A stretch of 64,000 nucleotides of DNA from Candidatus Neptunichlamydia sp. (lineage in GTDB: Bacteria; Chlamydiota; Chlamydiia; Chlamydiales; Simkaniaceae). A program made the position numbers and the translations under genes. Positions within the stretch are counted from its first letter, which is position 1. Every line of letters starts with the position of its first letter. The notes below the pieces were generated by a model. That model did no database searches and was not told the origin of the DNA. It saw only the letters and a list, made by a program, of their open reading frames with translations. Shown in pieces: positions 38,371-48,976 of the stretch. The stretch spans positions 1,280,001 to 1,344,000 of the forward strand of contig OZ247587.1 of NCBI GenBank assembly GCA_965233865.1. Direction: 5' to 3'.

Positions 38371-40874
38371 GCCTACGTTATCGATTATTTCTTTGGGTGG
38401 CAGCAATCTTTACTGTTGCTTTTGTTATCTCCTTATATTGGGAAGAAAATGCAACACGAAAGAATTTAGAGGTAACTTACAAGGAGCTTCTGGTTCAGCT
38501 CGATCAAGCCAATCAGCAAAAGACAGATGCTATTGAGGATTATCTTTCAGATATGCTCTTTAAAATACAAGCTGAGGTCGATGCTGTTCTGCTGGGAGTT
38601 GCAAAGTACCAACTCGTACGGAAAGGGTTTGAGCCGACAACAAAAAACCTTTTAGAAAATAATTGGCTTGATTCTGCTTCGCTTATGATTACAAACAAGT
38701 GGATTGACTTCATTCAGAGTACAAACGAAGGGAGTTTGATGTCTGAGGTCATCATCAATAAGAATTCTCTAAGTGACTCAATTCATATTCCAATAAATAG
38801 CGGATTTCATCTCGTTGGAATTAGAAATGGAGAGAATAGAGAGGAATGGGATGGTCCTTATATCGGGATTGCTTTGGATATTAGTTCTCTTCATGGTGAG
38901 GAGAAAAAGGATAAAGAATCAGACGAAGACTATTTTGTTTTTTTTACTAGGCAAGCGATGGAAAGCTTTAAATACGATCACACATCTAACAAAAGCCTAG
39001 ATTTGTCCATTAATCTCTTAGAGCCTTTTCTCAAGTGGCTCGAACTCACTACTCAACAGTTTTACCTTAAAAATTTTATCGACAAAATCATGTCCGTACA
39101 AAAAAAGATTCGGGAAAACCCAGAGGTTATTCCAAGTGAATCAGAGTGGCACAGGATTGTTAGCGATAAGTTAAAGTCCCTTCAAAAAAGAGAAATGATT
39201 GATGAAACCTGTTTCAGCCTAATGGAAGATGATGCGGACATTAATGAAACATATTCTCGAAGTAAAGTGGTTGAAAAACAGGTGAAGTTCTACGTCAAGG
39301 AGTATATCGACCATTACAACAAGGTAGGATTGATTTGGGGATTATCAACCCTGACAAACTCTAATATTTTTGGAAAAACTCCTCTGAGTGAGCACTCTCC
39401 GATAGGGATGGGGGTGGTGGATGATGAGACGCATTGCGGGAAATCTCTTTTGAGTGATTCTGTGTTTTACGATAAGGTGGTATACCCTGCTCGGAAAGAA
39501 ATCAAGGGGATGAAAAACGCAACGCCTGAATTTTTAGCGACCCATTTAGATGTGATTTCCCTTCCTGAAAAGCATCATGTTTTTTTTGGAAATACACTTC
39601 GTTTAGAAGCGGAAGAAAATGGCCAAAGTCGAGAAGGATATTTGACAGTTGGGACTCATGGTGGAGAAGTTTTAGGATCTCTTTCAAGATCAACGCACCA
39701 ACCAGCCCTTTTTATCTCTGATAACAAAGTGATTGCGGTGACAGATGCTTTAGGAAAGGAAGTGACCGAGCTAGCCTGGTACGACATTTCACCTGAAAAG
39801 CTCCTTTCTGGAGCTTCAGGAATCATAACGATAAAAGGAGAAGAATATTTTTTTCTCCATATTGAGCCTTATAAAAGTTTAGACGTACATTTCTTCCTCT
39901 TTAAGCCGAAGGCTGAAGAGTATGCTCTTATTAATTCTATCCGAAAAGAGGCAAAAGAGATTATCGAGAAGATTTCGATGCAGATGCGCCTTGCTTCGAT
40001 TGCGGGTCTCCTCTTTGTACTGGTCCTGCTTAATAATATTGCAAAACGGATTACGCGCCCTATTACACATCTAGCAGAGGTGACAAAAACTGTTGTGGAA
40101 GGAAAGTTAGATGCAATTGAAATTCCTGATGAACCTAAGAAAAAGACAAAAGATGAAATCTATTCACTGTATCATTCATTTTTTGAAATGATAAAAGGGC
40201 TTCGAGAAAAAGAAAAAGTACGAGGAATCTTAAATAAAGTTGTCTCTGAGGAAATTGCAGAGGAAGCGTTAAAAGGGAATATTCAGCTTGGAGGAGAAGA
40301 GAAGAGAGCTACAGTTCTCTTTGCAGATATTCGAGGGTTTAGTGAAATGACTGAAAAAATGGATCCAAAAGAAGTTATTAATCTGATCAATACATGCATG
40401 ACAAAAGTTTCCGAAAAAATTGACGCACACGGTGGTGTAATTGATAAGTATGTTGGGGATGAAGTGATGGCGCTTTTTGGTGCTCCTATTGAGAAACCTA
40501 AAAGCGCCCTTCAAGCGATTCAAAGCGCTTTGGATATGGTGGATGAAATCAATAAATGGAATCTTGAAAGAAAGCAGCAAGGGCTTCAAGTCATTGAAAT
40601 GGGAATAGGCATTCATACTGGGAATGTCGTTGCAGGAAATATGGGTGCTGACAATCGTTTGAACTATACTGTTTTGGGAGCTAACGTGAATTTGGCTGCG
40701 CGGATTTGCTCTGAGGCCGAAAGGATGCAGGTTCTTATTAGCGAAAGCACATTAGAAGCTGAAGGGGTTAAAACTAATATCGAATACGAAAAACTTGAGG
40801 CGATGCAACTCAAAGGGTTTACTGATCCGATTGCGGTCTATTCTGTAAAATCATACAGAATGGAGCGGCACTGA
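38367..40874 (+). CDS. Membrane class III adenylate/guanylate cyclase with HAMP domain
   Basis: Two TM segments flanking a large sensor region, HAMP (ITRPITHL..DEI), FADIRGFS, DKYVGD, GIGIHTG, NVNLAARI. Confidence 0.92.
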   Translation: MSLRYRLFLWVAAIFTVAFVISLYWEENATRKNLEVTYKELLVQLDQANQQKTDAIEDYLSDMLFKIQAEVDAVLLGVAKYQLVRKGFEPTTKNLLENNWLDSASLMITNKWIDFIQSTNEGSLMSEVIINKNSLSDSIHIPINSGFHLVGIRNGENREEWDGPYIGIALDISSLHGEEKKDKESDEDYFVFFTRQAMESFKYDHTSNKSLDLSINLLEPFLKWLELTTQQFYLKNFIDKIMSVQKKIRENPEVIPSESEWHRIVSDKLKSLQKREMIDETCFSLMEDDADINETYSRSKVVEKQVKFYVKEYIDHYNKVGLIWGLSTLTNSNIFGKTPLSEHSPIGMGVVDDETHCGKSLLSDSVFYDKVVYPARKEIKGMKNATPEFLATHLDVISLPEKHHVFFGNTLRLEAEENGQSREGYLTVGTHGGEVLGSLSRSTHQPALFISDNKVIAVTDALGKEVTELAWYDISPEKLLSGASGIITIKGEEYFFLHIEPYKSLDVHFFLFKPKAEEYALINSIRKEAKEIIEKISMQMRLASIAGLLFVLVLLNNIAKRITRPITHLAEVTKTVVEGKLDAIEIPDEPKKKTKDEIYSLYHSFFEMIKGLREKEKVRGILNKVVSEEIAEEALKGNIQLGGEEKRATVLFADIRGFSEMTEKMDPKEVINLINTCMTKVSEKIDAHGGVIDKYVGDEVMALFGAPIEKPKSALQAIQSALDMVDEINKWNLERKQQGLQVIEMGIGIHTGNVVAGNMGADNRLNYTVLGANVNLAARICSEAERMQVLISESTLEAEGVKTNIEYEKLEAMQLKGFTDPIAVYSVKSYRMERH

Positions 40875-40937
40875 TAGCGATTCCCTATTGTAATCACACT
40901 TCGCAGATGTAGGCGCTTAGTAAATCAGATGAGATTT

Positions 40938-42572
40938 TTATTGGCAGCTACTATCCTCGAAGTAAGCATACTTGAAATCAACCGACTGCAAGCTAGAAAC
41001 TTTTTCTCCTTTGAGTTTTTGATTCTTGGCGTATCTTTTTCTGAGAGAGCAGACAGGAATAATAGGCATTTCTTCCATAAGCAGAGTCTCTGCCTCTATT
41101 AAAAGACGCTTTCTTTCGCTTTCATCTAATGCATGTTCAGACTTATTAAAAAGCTTCTTAAATTCTGAATGCTCCCAGTTGGTTTTGTTAATATTATTCG
41201 ATCGTTCTTTGAAGGCATTTAGAAAAAACACTGGGTCAAAAACAAATGTCTGAAGAGGAGAAATGCACATCTGATATTGGCCTTTTACTGTTGTGCTGGC
41301 AAATAAGTTATGCTCCACTGCCCTAATGCGAATATTTGTGATACCCAAAACCTGTCTCCATTGGTCTTGCATAGCTTGAGTCATTCTTTTCAGAAGCTCT
41401 ACATCCCCAATGTAAAGAATTTCTATCTCAGGGAGGTGTTCTGTTTTTGTATTCAATTCATCAAGAGCCTGTTTAAGATGCCTTTTTGCTCTATTAGGGT
41501 CATTGTCCTCAAAATATTCATTTGCTTGAAGTCTCATACAATGGGGAATCATTCCTGTACTTGAAGTACCAGTATGATGAAAGATGTTTTCTGCGATGGA
41601 TTTTCTATCTAAAGCATATGCAAGAGCTTTTCTAAAGTTCTTATTATTTAGAGGGTATTCTTCAATATTAAGAGAGATCCAGCATCCTGCAGAATCTGCC
41701 CCTCCTTCTATAAGAACATCTTTTGAAATATCGTAAGACAACCTATAGAAAGGGCTTCCTATCCAATCGAGTTCACCTTTTCGAAACATATTAAGAGCTG
41801 TCGTTCCATCAGGAATAATATAGAAATACACATGTTCAAGCCTTACATTTTCAGCATCCCAATAGTATGCATTCTTCTTAAATATCAATTCTGATTCATG
41901 TTTCCATGAAGTTAGGCAAAAAGGCCCATTGCAGACGATCCCGGGTTTTTCTGCCCAATGAGGATCTTCTTCTGCTATGTGTCTAGGTGCAGGGTAAAAT
42001 AAAGGAGAAGCCACCAGATCAAGAAAATATGCTGCGGGATACTCTAGCTCCACTACAAGAGTCTTATCGTCAGGACATGTAATGCCAATTTCAGATTCAT
42101 CACATTCTCCTAAAATGTATTTTTCTGAGTTTTTGATAGGGTGATAATAGAACGGAGAAATCGTAAGAGACTTAGAATTTGGATCCATACACATTTTCCA
42201 AGCATAGGCAAAGTCTGAAGATTTTACAGGCTCTCCATCATTCCAGTAGCATTCTTTTAGGTAGAATATGTAGGTTCGTTTGTTTGAAGACACTGTATAA
42301 CTTTTTGCAATAGCGGGTTCTACAACATCGTCCTCTCCAAGTCTTGTAAGACCCTCAAAAAGCATGCTAATACCATGTGCAGCGTTGATTTTGGAGCCCT
42401 TAGAAGAGGATGCAAAATTCAGTGTAGAAATATCGGCATTAAGGGCGACTCTAAGCGTATCCTGCGGATGTCGAAGGTCGATGCTTCCTATGTTTATTGC
42501 CTTTTTCATGCCAACACCTATGATGACTAGAAGTAGTACGGCAATAACGATTCTATACTTGATACTGATCAC
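40938..42572 (-). CDS. oppA: Oligopeptide ABC transporter substrate-binding protein
   Basis: LFEGLTR, WNDGEPVKSSDF.YAW, NGPF, FRKAL.YALDR. Confidence 0.88.
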   Translation of the reverse strand: MISIKYRIVIAVLLLVIIGVGMKKAINIGSIDLRHPQDTLRVALNADISTLNFASSSKGSKINAAHGISMLFEGLTRLGEDDVVEPAIAKSYTVSSNKRTYIFYLKECYWNDGEPVKSSDFAYAWKMCMDPNSKSLTISPFYYHPIKNSEKYILGECDESEIGITCPDDKTLVVELEYPAAYFLDLVASPLFYPAPRHIAEEDPHWAEKPGIVCNGPFCLTSWKHESELIFKKNAYYWDAENVRLEHVYFYIIPDGTTALNMFRKGELDWIGSPFYRLSYDISKDVLIEGGADSAGCWISLNIEEYPLNNKNFRKALAYALDRKSIAENIFHHTGTSSTGMIPHCMRLQANEYFEDNDPNRAKRHLKQALDELNTKTEHLPEIEILYIGDVELLKRMTQAMQDQWRQVLGITNIRIRAVEHNLFASTTVKGQYQMCISPLQTFVFDPVFFLNAFKERSNNINKTNWEHSEFKKLFNKSEHALDESERKRLLIEAETLLMEEMPIIPVCSLRKRYAKNQKLKGEKVSSLQSVDFKYAYFEDSSCQ

Positions 42573-42725
42573 GTAGCACCATCAAAAATTTCATTGGGAT
42601 AACGATAGTCCTAAAGATTTTTTTTTGTCTACTCTATAAGCTGCTTAGCTTTTCTATAGCGATTAAAATCTGTCTTGGGTAGGTACGCTGTCTAGTTTAC
42701 AGGAAGCGTTTTTCTGCCAACTGAT

Positions 42726-44033
42726 TTAACGCGATTTAATTACAAGAATTTCTTCAGAAATGGGGCTGCCAGCACTACTCAAAGCAACCACTCGGTAGGT
42801 ATAAGTCTTCTTTGATTTCAGATTATTATCTGTAAATTTCAAAGTACCTTGGCCTTGCACTGTTCCAACTAACTTTGAATCTCTATAAATTCGGAAGGTG
42901 CCTTTTGCAGAAGAGTTCCAGGAGAGTTTAACAAATATGTTACTTTCGGTTAAAAAATTCTCCTTCCCTGTTTTTCCGGATACAGAAAAGTCTATATCTG
43001 GATCTACATTTGGATTGGGAATAACTGTTACCCAAAAGGGTGCAGTAAGAATTGAAAAAGGGTCGCCAATCAGTCCTGTGACAGCTTGAGTGGCAACATC
43101 TATAATAGAAACAGAGGCGCCATTACTATCTGCTACAAAAACAGTTGTTCCATCCGAGGTAATCGCAATCCCCCTTGGTTTCGAGAAGGGACTAAGGGCA
43201 TCATTTACAAGACCTGTGGTAGCTTGAGTAGCAACGTCTATAATAGAGACAGTACCATTATTTATGTTTGAGACAAAAGCAGTTGTTCCATCTGGGGTAA
43301 TTGCAGCAAAAATGGGTTCATCAAAAGGGGCAAGAGCGTCATTTACAAGTCTAGTAACAGACTGAGTTGCAACATTCACCACAGAAACGGTGTTGTTGTT
43401 TTGATTTATGACAAGAGCAGTTGTTCCATCTGGGGTAATTGCAGCAGAAGTGGGTTGATCAAAAGGGCCGAGAGCGTCATCTACAAGTCCGATAACAGAC
43501 TGAGTTGCAACATTAACAATAGAAACGGTGTCATTATCATTTCCTACAAAAATGGTTGTCCCATCAGGAGTGATGGATAGAGTGTTAGGACTAGAGAACG
43601 GTCCGGAAGCATCACTTACTATTCCGGTAATCGTTCGAGTGGCAACATCCATGACAGCAACAATGTTGTTTCCTTCGTTTACTATAAAAGCAGTTGTTCC
43701 GTCCAAGCTATAAATAGCCATATTCGGTCTATCAAAAGGAGCAAAGGTGTCATCTACAATTCCAGTAGCAGTATGTGTTGCAATGTCTATGACGGATATC
43801 GTGCTGTTATTTCTATTTGGGACAAAAGCAGTGGTTTTATCGGGTGTAATAGTCACTATAAAAGGGCCGCTAAAGGGACCAAGAATGTCATTTACAGTTC
43901 CTATAATAGTTTGCGTCGCGGCATCTACAATAGAAACAGAATCCCCAACAGTGTTTGTGACTAGGTAGTTAGGAAAAAGACTTATGCAGTTGAAAACCAA
44001 AGCAAACAAAGTAACCTTAAAAAACTGTCTCAT
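42726..44033 (-). CDS. Secreted YVTN-type beta-propeller protein with C-terminal Fn3-like domain
   Basis: Signal peptide; about seven ~45-aa repeats (P..AAITPDGTTAFV.N..N.TVS.IDVATQ); C-terminal LSW...IYRD...FTD...YTYRVVA. Confidence 0.85.
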   Translation of the reverse strand: MRQFFKVTLFALVFNCISLFPNYLVTNTVGDSVSIVDAATQTIIGTVNDILGPFSGPFIVTITPDKTTAFVPNRNNSTISVIDIATHTATGIVDDTFAPFDRPNMAIYSLDGTTAFIVNEGNNIVAVMDVATRTITGIVSDASGPFSSPNTLSITPDGTTIFVGNDNDTVSIVNVATQSVIGLVDDALGPFDQPTSAAITPDGTTALVINQNNNTVSVVNVATQSVTRLVNDALAPFDEPIFAAITPDGTTAFVSNINNGTVSIIDVATQATTGLVNDALSPFSKPRGIAITSDGTTVFVADSNGASVSIIDVATQAVTGLIGDPFSILTAPFWVTVIPNPNVDPDIDFSVSGKTGKENFLTESNIFVKLSWNSSAKGTFRIYRDSKLVGTVQGQGTLKFTDNNLKSKKTYTYRVVALSSAGSPISEEILVIKSR

Positions 44034-44254
44034 GATTGCATCCTCTTGAATGTTTCAGACGCGTGATGATAATTTATAAAAAATGTTTTAATCAAGTCTT
44101 TTTAGCGCTCAGAGAATTTAGAAGCTTCGATAGAAGAGAACTGAGGCAAAGGCGCGATGTGGCAATCCTTACAACCTTGATACTTAAATAATCCATAATT
44201 ACTTTATATTTAGTAGCTTGTGAATAAGAAAACAAACTTTTAAAGCATTTATAG

Positions 44255-45544
44255 TTAAATAACTAAATTGCTTGAGATAATAGTGTTAGAGGTAACAATA
44301 ATAATGCCGTCACGGATATAGATGCCGTCACCATCGTAGGTTTCTACTCCATTTTCGTTAGTGAGGCGCACATTGTTGCCAATTTTAACATCTTGGTCGA
44401 TGATGGCTTTCTCGATGTAGCAGTTTTCTCCGATTTCATAAGAGATTGAGGCATCACCGGTTTTGGTGAAAGTTTTGTTTCCAAGGAGGATCGAACCACG
44501 AATAATTGTTCCTTTACGAACAACGGAGCGTATTCCAATGATGCTGTGAGTAATCTCCTCAGCTTCAAGAACGGCTCCATCGCAGATGACAGAATCAATA
44601 ACAGTGGTTTCTGTCAGCCTTGCGCCTGGAAGGTGGTGATTATGTGCATAGATAGGAAGGACTTCATTATATAGGTTAAGTCCGAGTGAGTTGGTTGTTA
44701 GGGAGAGGCTTGCATCATAGTAGGAGGAAATCGTTCCAATATCTTCCCAATACCCTTGGTAAAGGAATGCCGCGGCTTTACCATTCTTTAGTTGAGTGGG
44801 GATCATATGTTTTCCAAAGTCTTCTCGGGGATCTTTTTTAAGGAGAGAAATCAAAACATCCTTTTTAAAAACGTAGATTCCCATTGATGCTAAAAAACAG
44901 GGAGGGTTTCCGCAATGGATATCATGATTCATTACAAAATCATCTGAGAGTTTGAATTGCTTAAGAACGGTAGGATCCTTGGGCTTTTCCTTGAATTCTA
45001 TGATATTGCAGTCTTTATCAATATTAAGAAGCCCTAGACGAGGAGCTGCGATTTGATCAACGGGAAGTGAGGCAATTGTGAGGTCGGCATCCTTATCATA
45101 GGCAAACTGAACCATTTCCTGAAGGTCCATGTTGTAAAGCTGATCTCCGGAGAGGATCAGAAAATAGTCGATGGGGAGTTGTGTTAACGTTTCAATATTT
45201 TGCCTCACTGCATCTGCCGTTCCTTCATACCATATCTTTCCATCTGGGCGCTCTTCTGGTGTAAGTAGATTAAAGCTTCCTCCTTGAAACTGATCTAGTG
45301 GGTAGGTTTCTTTAATATGCTGGTTCAAACTGGAAGAAAAGTATTGAGAGATAACATAGATATGATTCATCCTGGAGTTGAGAGAGTTAGAGATTGGAAT
45401 ATCGATAAGACGATAGCGTCCACCGAAATTTACAGCGGGTTTACATTGATTTTGAGTTAAAGGAAATAAGCGCGTGCCCTGCCCTCCAGCGAGTATAACA
45501 CACGCAACACGATCTGTAATATTGAATCCCTTCTTTAGAGCCAC
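44255..45544 (-). CDS. glgC: Glucose-1-phosphate adenylyltransferase
   Basis: LAGGQGTRLFPLT, KPAV.FGG.YRLID, GTADAV, EKP, YWEDIGT. Confidence 0.96.
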   Translation of the reverse strand: MALKKGFNITDRVACVILAGGQGTRLFPLTQNQCKPAVNFGGRYRLIDIPISNSLNSRMNHIYVISQYFSSSLNQHIKETYPLDQFQGGSFNLLTPEERPDGKIWYEGTADAVRQNIETLTQLPIDYFLILSGDQLYNMDLQEMVQFAYDKDADLTIASLPVDQIAAPRLGLLNIDKDCNIIEFKEKPKDPTVLKQFKLSDDFVMNHDIHCGNPPCFLASMGIYVFKKDVLISLLKKDPREDFGKHMIPTQLKNGKAAAFLYQGYWEDIGTISSYYDASLSLTTNSLGLNLYNEVLPIYAHNHHLPGARLTETTVIDSVICDGAVLEAEEITHSIIGIRSVVRKGTIIRGSILLGNKTFTKTGDASISYEIGENCYIEKAIIDQDVKIGNNVRLTNENGVETYDGDGIYIRDGIIIVTSNTIISSNLVI

Positions 45545-45620
45545 TTGTTCTTTCCCACCTTATATACTGTCCTATATCTAAAGGAGGGAGGAAAATCAAT
45601 GGCTGAATTAAAGAAACTAG

Positions 45621-46496
45621 TTAGATCGGCTTCTTCCAGTTTTTTATGACGACCATCATTTCATCTTGAATCGATTTCGAGAGACCGTTTGTTTTGGAGA
45701 CATGGGTAAACCGCTCTTGAAGTGAACCTTTGGTCAGGTCTGAACACGCAAAGATTAAGTAACCTGCAAAAAGAGGGTGTTTGAGGGTTGTTTCTTTTTC
45801 AAGGACTTCTAATGCAGCGGTGGCGATCTCATCATCTTCTGAGAATCCAGAAAGAGCGATGGCTGCATATTCATTGTCTTTCGAAAGAGGCTCTTGTTTG
45901 AGACGTTTAATAAGGAAGGATTTTGAGCGATTACCGAAGGAGACTAAGGCTAAAATGATTTCTTCGTCGGTAAAAAAGTTTTCCTGTCCAAGTGCTTCAA
46001 AAAGAGGAGGAATCGCTCTTTCATCTTGAATTTTTGCTAAGCACTTTGCTGCAAAAATGGGGCTGCGACCATACCCAGGGTAAAGGGGATCATAAAATAC
46101 ACGAGAAGAGATAAGGTGAATGAGGGCTGTAACTGAGTCTTTTCCTTGTTCTACAAGGGCTTGAATTTCTTTTTCTGGGTGGTGCTCTTCAGAAAGAATG
46201 AGGTCGCTAATTAGCTTTTCACCTTTTTGATCATAAACTTCGCGGAGTTGGTGGTAAATTCTTTTTGACTCTTCAATACTATCTTTTGCTGCATCGGGAA
46301 GGTAAACCTCGGCTAAATTTTGCTTATGATCAAGCTCAATTTTCTGTAGGTATTCAATTTGCTCAATATCAAAATCGGGCATCACTCCCACGCCATCTTG
46401 ACCGTAATATTCCAGCATGATTTCAAAGCTTCCTCCAAAGTGGATATCGCGGTGCATTAAAATTTCCATATCAACAGTATCAATCACATCATGCAT
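45621..46496 (-). CDS. Conserved hypothetical HEAT-repeat-like protein
   Basis: AAKCLAKIQDERAIPPLFEAL; coupled to lipA. Confidence 0.7.
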   Translation of the reverse strand: MHDVIDTVDMEILMHRDIHFGGSFEIMLEYYGQDGVGVMPDFDIEQIEYLQKIELDHKQNLAEVYLPDAAKDSIEESKRIYHQLREVYDQKGEKLISDLILSEEHHPEKEIQALVEQGKDSVTALIHLISSRVFYDPLYPGYGRSPIFAAKCLAKIQDERAIPPLFEALGQENFFTDEEIILALVSFGNRSKSFLIKRLKQEPLSKDNEYAAIALSGFSEDDEIATAALEVLEKETTLKHPLFAGYLIFACSDLTKGSLQERFTHVSKTNGLSKSIQDEMMVVIKNWKKPI

Positions 46497-47442
46497 GAGA
46501 AGTTTCTCCTTTGAAGGCTTTGTCTTTTAATAGAGAGGCATTGTAACTCGAGCGGACAAAAGGTCCAGAGTACATATATTTCACCCCAATACTGAGTCCA
46601 TACTCCTCAAGCATTTTGAACTCTCCGGGAGTGATAAATGATTTTACCAGGAGCTTGTTTTTGTTTGGTTGAAGGTATTGGCCGATAGTTATAATTTCGC
46701 ATCCAACGCTATGGAGATCATCGATTGTTTCTTTCACCTCATCTAGTGTTTCTCCAAGTCCCACCATGATCCCTGATTTCACAAAGGGAACAATATTTTG
46801 ATTTTTTACGTAGCGGAGGACATTAAGCGTTCTTTCATATGTGGCTTTATGACGCACGCGCGGCGTCATTCGTTTGACTGTTTCAATATTGTGGTTAAAG
46901 ATCTCAGGTTTTGCATCAATGACAATATCAAGGAGCTTTTCATCACCTGAAAAGTCTGAAGTTAATACTTCGACGGTTGCCTCGATATTTTCTTCGTGAA
47001 TAGTCTGAATAATTTTAGCAATGTGGTTTGCTCCTTGGTCAGGAAGGTCATCACGTGCCACCATTGTGATTACAATATGGCGCAGACCCAATGCCTTTAC
47101 CGATTGCACAATCCGTATGGGTTCGTCAGCCTCTGGCGCTTTGGGTTTTTTTGCAAAGTCGATGTCGCAAAATCCACAAGCTCGTGTACAAGCGCTTCCA
47201 AGCGCTAAAAAAGTTGCTGTTTTATTAGAATAACATTCTAAACGGTTAGGACATTTTGCTTCTTCGCAAACAGTGCTTAGCCCGCTCTTTTTTAAGATTT
47301 CATTCGTTTGGAAAAGCTCTTTTCCTCGCGGAAGTTTTCGGTGCAACCAAGACGGAAACCGTCCCTTTGCTCCATCGGAGTTTTCTGGAAGACGATTAAT
47401 CTTAGGCTGTTTTGGGCGGTTGTCGAATAGCTCCTTAGTCAA
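46489..47442 (-). CDS. lipA: Lipoyl synthase
   Basis: CEEAKCPNRLEC, CTRACGFC, VRSSY. Confidence 0.97.
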   Translation of the reverse strand: MTKELFDNRPKQPKINRLPENSDGAKGRFPSWLHRKLPRGKELFQTNEILKKSGLSTVCEEAKCPNRLECYSNKTATFLALGSACTRACGFCDIDFAKKPKAPEADEPIRIVQSVKALGLRHIVITMVARDDLPDQGANHIAKIIQTIHEENIEATVEVLTSDFSGDEKLLDIVIDAKPEIFNHNIETVKRMTPRVRHKATYERTLNVLRYVKNQNIVPFVKSGIMVGLGETLDEVKETIDDLHSVGCEIITIGQYLQPNKNKLLVKSFITPGEFKMLEEYGLSIGVKYMYSGPFVRSSYNASLLKDKAFKGETSHA

Positions 47443-47443
47443 A

Positions 47444-48853
47444 TTATCCCCTAGGTTTTATCTTTGGAGGAAAATGGATGGGGGTCTCATTTGCAAGGAA
47501 AGATGCCTCAAGCCATGCCTCAGGAATTGTAGGATGCGCATGAATTGTATCTGTAACGCAATCTAAGGTGAGCTCGTTATTTATTGCAAGAGCCATCTCA
47601 GCAATCATTGCCGATGCTTCGTGCCCAATGACTTGCGCGCCGTAAATCTCCCCTGTGTTTTGATCAGAAATTACTTGCGCAAATCCATCAGTCTCATTGG
47701 TTGCTATTGACTTTCCAAGAGCCTGAAAAGGGAAGGTCCCAATACGAATGTGGAGTCCTTTTTCTTTGGCTTCTTCAGCAGTAAGCCCAACCATTGCAAT
47801 TTCAGGGTGGGTAAAAATAACTGCAGGAATGGCGTTGTAATGAATGAATGCTTCTTGTCCACAAGCATTTGCTGCGGCAACAATCCCTTGATGAGAGGCA
47901 ACATGAGCAAGCATCGCAATTGCAGTAATATCTCCGATTGCATAGATTCCCGGGACATGGGTTTCCATTCTGTCGTTGACTTGGATAGCCCCTTTAGGCC
48001 CAGGTTTTAGACCCGCTTTTTCGAGGTCGAGCCCTTCTGAGTTTAGGCGCCTGCCTACAGAAACAATAGCCTTTTCGACTTCGAGAGATTCTCCACCCTT
48101 GAAGTGAACAACAAGGCTGGTTCCTTTCTTTTCAACTTTCTCAACAGCAGTATTTGTTTTGAGTTCGATTCCTTGTTTAGTGAATGCAGCGGTGAGTGCA
48201 TCAGAAATTGTTTTTCCCTGCGCTGCAATAATTGCTGGGAGGGCTTCAATAATCGTGACCTTCACCCCAAACTCTGCAAAAAGGGAAGCAAATTCACATC
48301 CAATATACCCGCCCCCAATGATTGCCATTGATTTCGGAAGCTCGGTGAGTTCGAGTGCAGAGGTTGAGTTTAGAATTATGTTATGGTCACAAGGAAAGGC
48401 AGGGATGTTAATGGGTTCAGAGCCCGTTGCAATAATGATTTTCTCTGCATAGATAAGAGCATTATCTTCTCCCTTAACTTTTAATTCTTTTGGTGACTGA
48501 AACTGAGCCATTCCCTGGAAAATTGTAATACCATTCGACTTCAATAAACCACCAAGACTTCCTCGAATTTTGCTGACAACCTGGTCCTTTCGCTCTTTCA
48601 TTTTTTTATAGTCGAATGTAACATTCTCTGCTTTGATTCCAAAATCTTCAGCATGTTTGATCTTATTGAAAATGCTTGCATTCGAAAGAAGAGATTTTGA
48701 AGGGATACATCCAACATTCAAACAGGTCCCTCCTAAATATTCTTTCTCGATAAGGGCAACTTTTTTCCCCATCTGCGCCGCTTTAATCGCAGCGACATAA
48801 CCGCCCGGTCCAGCACCGATTACAGCTAAGTCAAACTTTTGTTTTCCGGTCAT
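47444..48853 (-). CDS. lpdA: Dihydrolipoyl dehydrogenase
   Basis: GAGPGGY, GGTCLNVGCIPSK, HAHPT. Confidence 0.97.
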   Translation of the reverse strand: MTGKQKFDLAVIGAGPGGYVAAIKAAQMGKKVALIEKEYLGGTCLNVGCIPSKSLLSNASIFNKIKHAEDFGIKAENVTFDYKKMKERKDQVVSKIRGSLGGLLKSNGITIFQGMAQFQSPKELKVKGEDNALIYAEKIIIATGSEPINIPAFPCDHNIILNSTSALELTELPKSMAIIGGGYIGCEFASLFAEFGVKVTIIEALPAIIAAQGKTISDALTAAFTKQGIELKTNTAVEKVEKKGTSLVVHFKGGESLEVEKAIVSVGRRLNSEGLDLEKAGLKPGPKGAIQVNDRMETHVPGIYAIGDITAIAMLAHVASHQGIVAAANACGQEAFIHYNAIPAVIFTHPEIAMVGLTAEEAKEKGLHIRIGTFPFQALGKSIATNETDGFAQVISDQNTGEIYGAQVIGHEASAMIAEMALAINNELTLDCVTDTIHAHPTIPEAWLEASFLANETPIHFPPKIKPRG

Positions 48854-48976
48854 TCCATTCTCCTAAAATTGATAGGCCTATAGTACCTTTATTCAACCAA
48901 AATGTAAATGGACATAGAGATAATTTTACTTTCCCTATGAAGAGAAATACGTTAAGATGAGATTAACAGAATAAAT

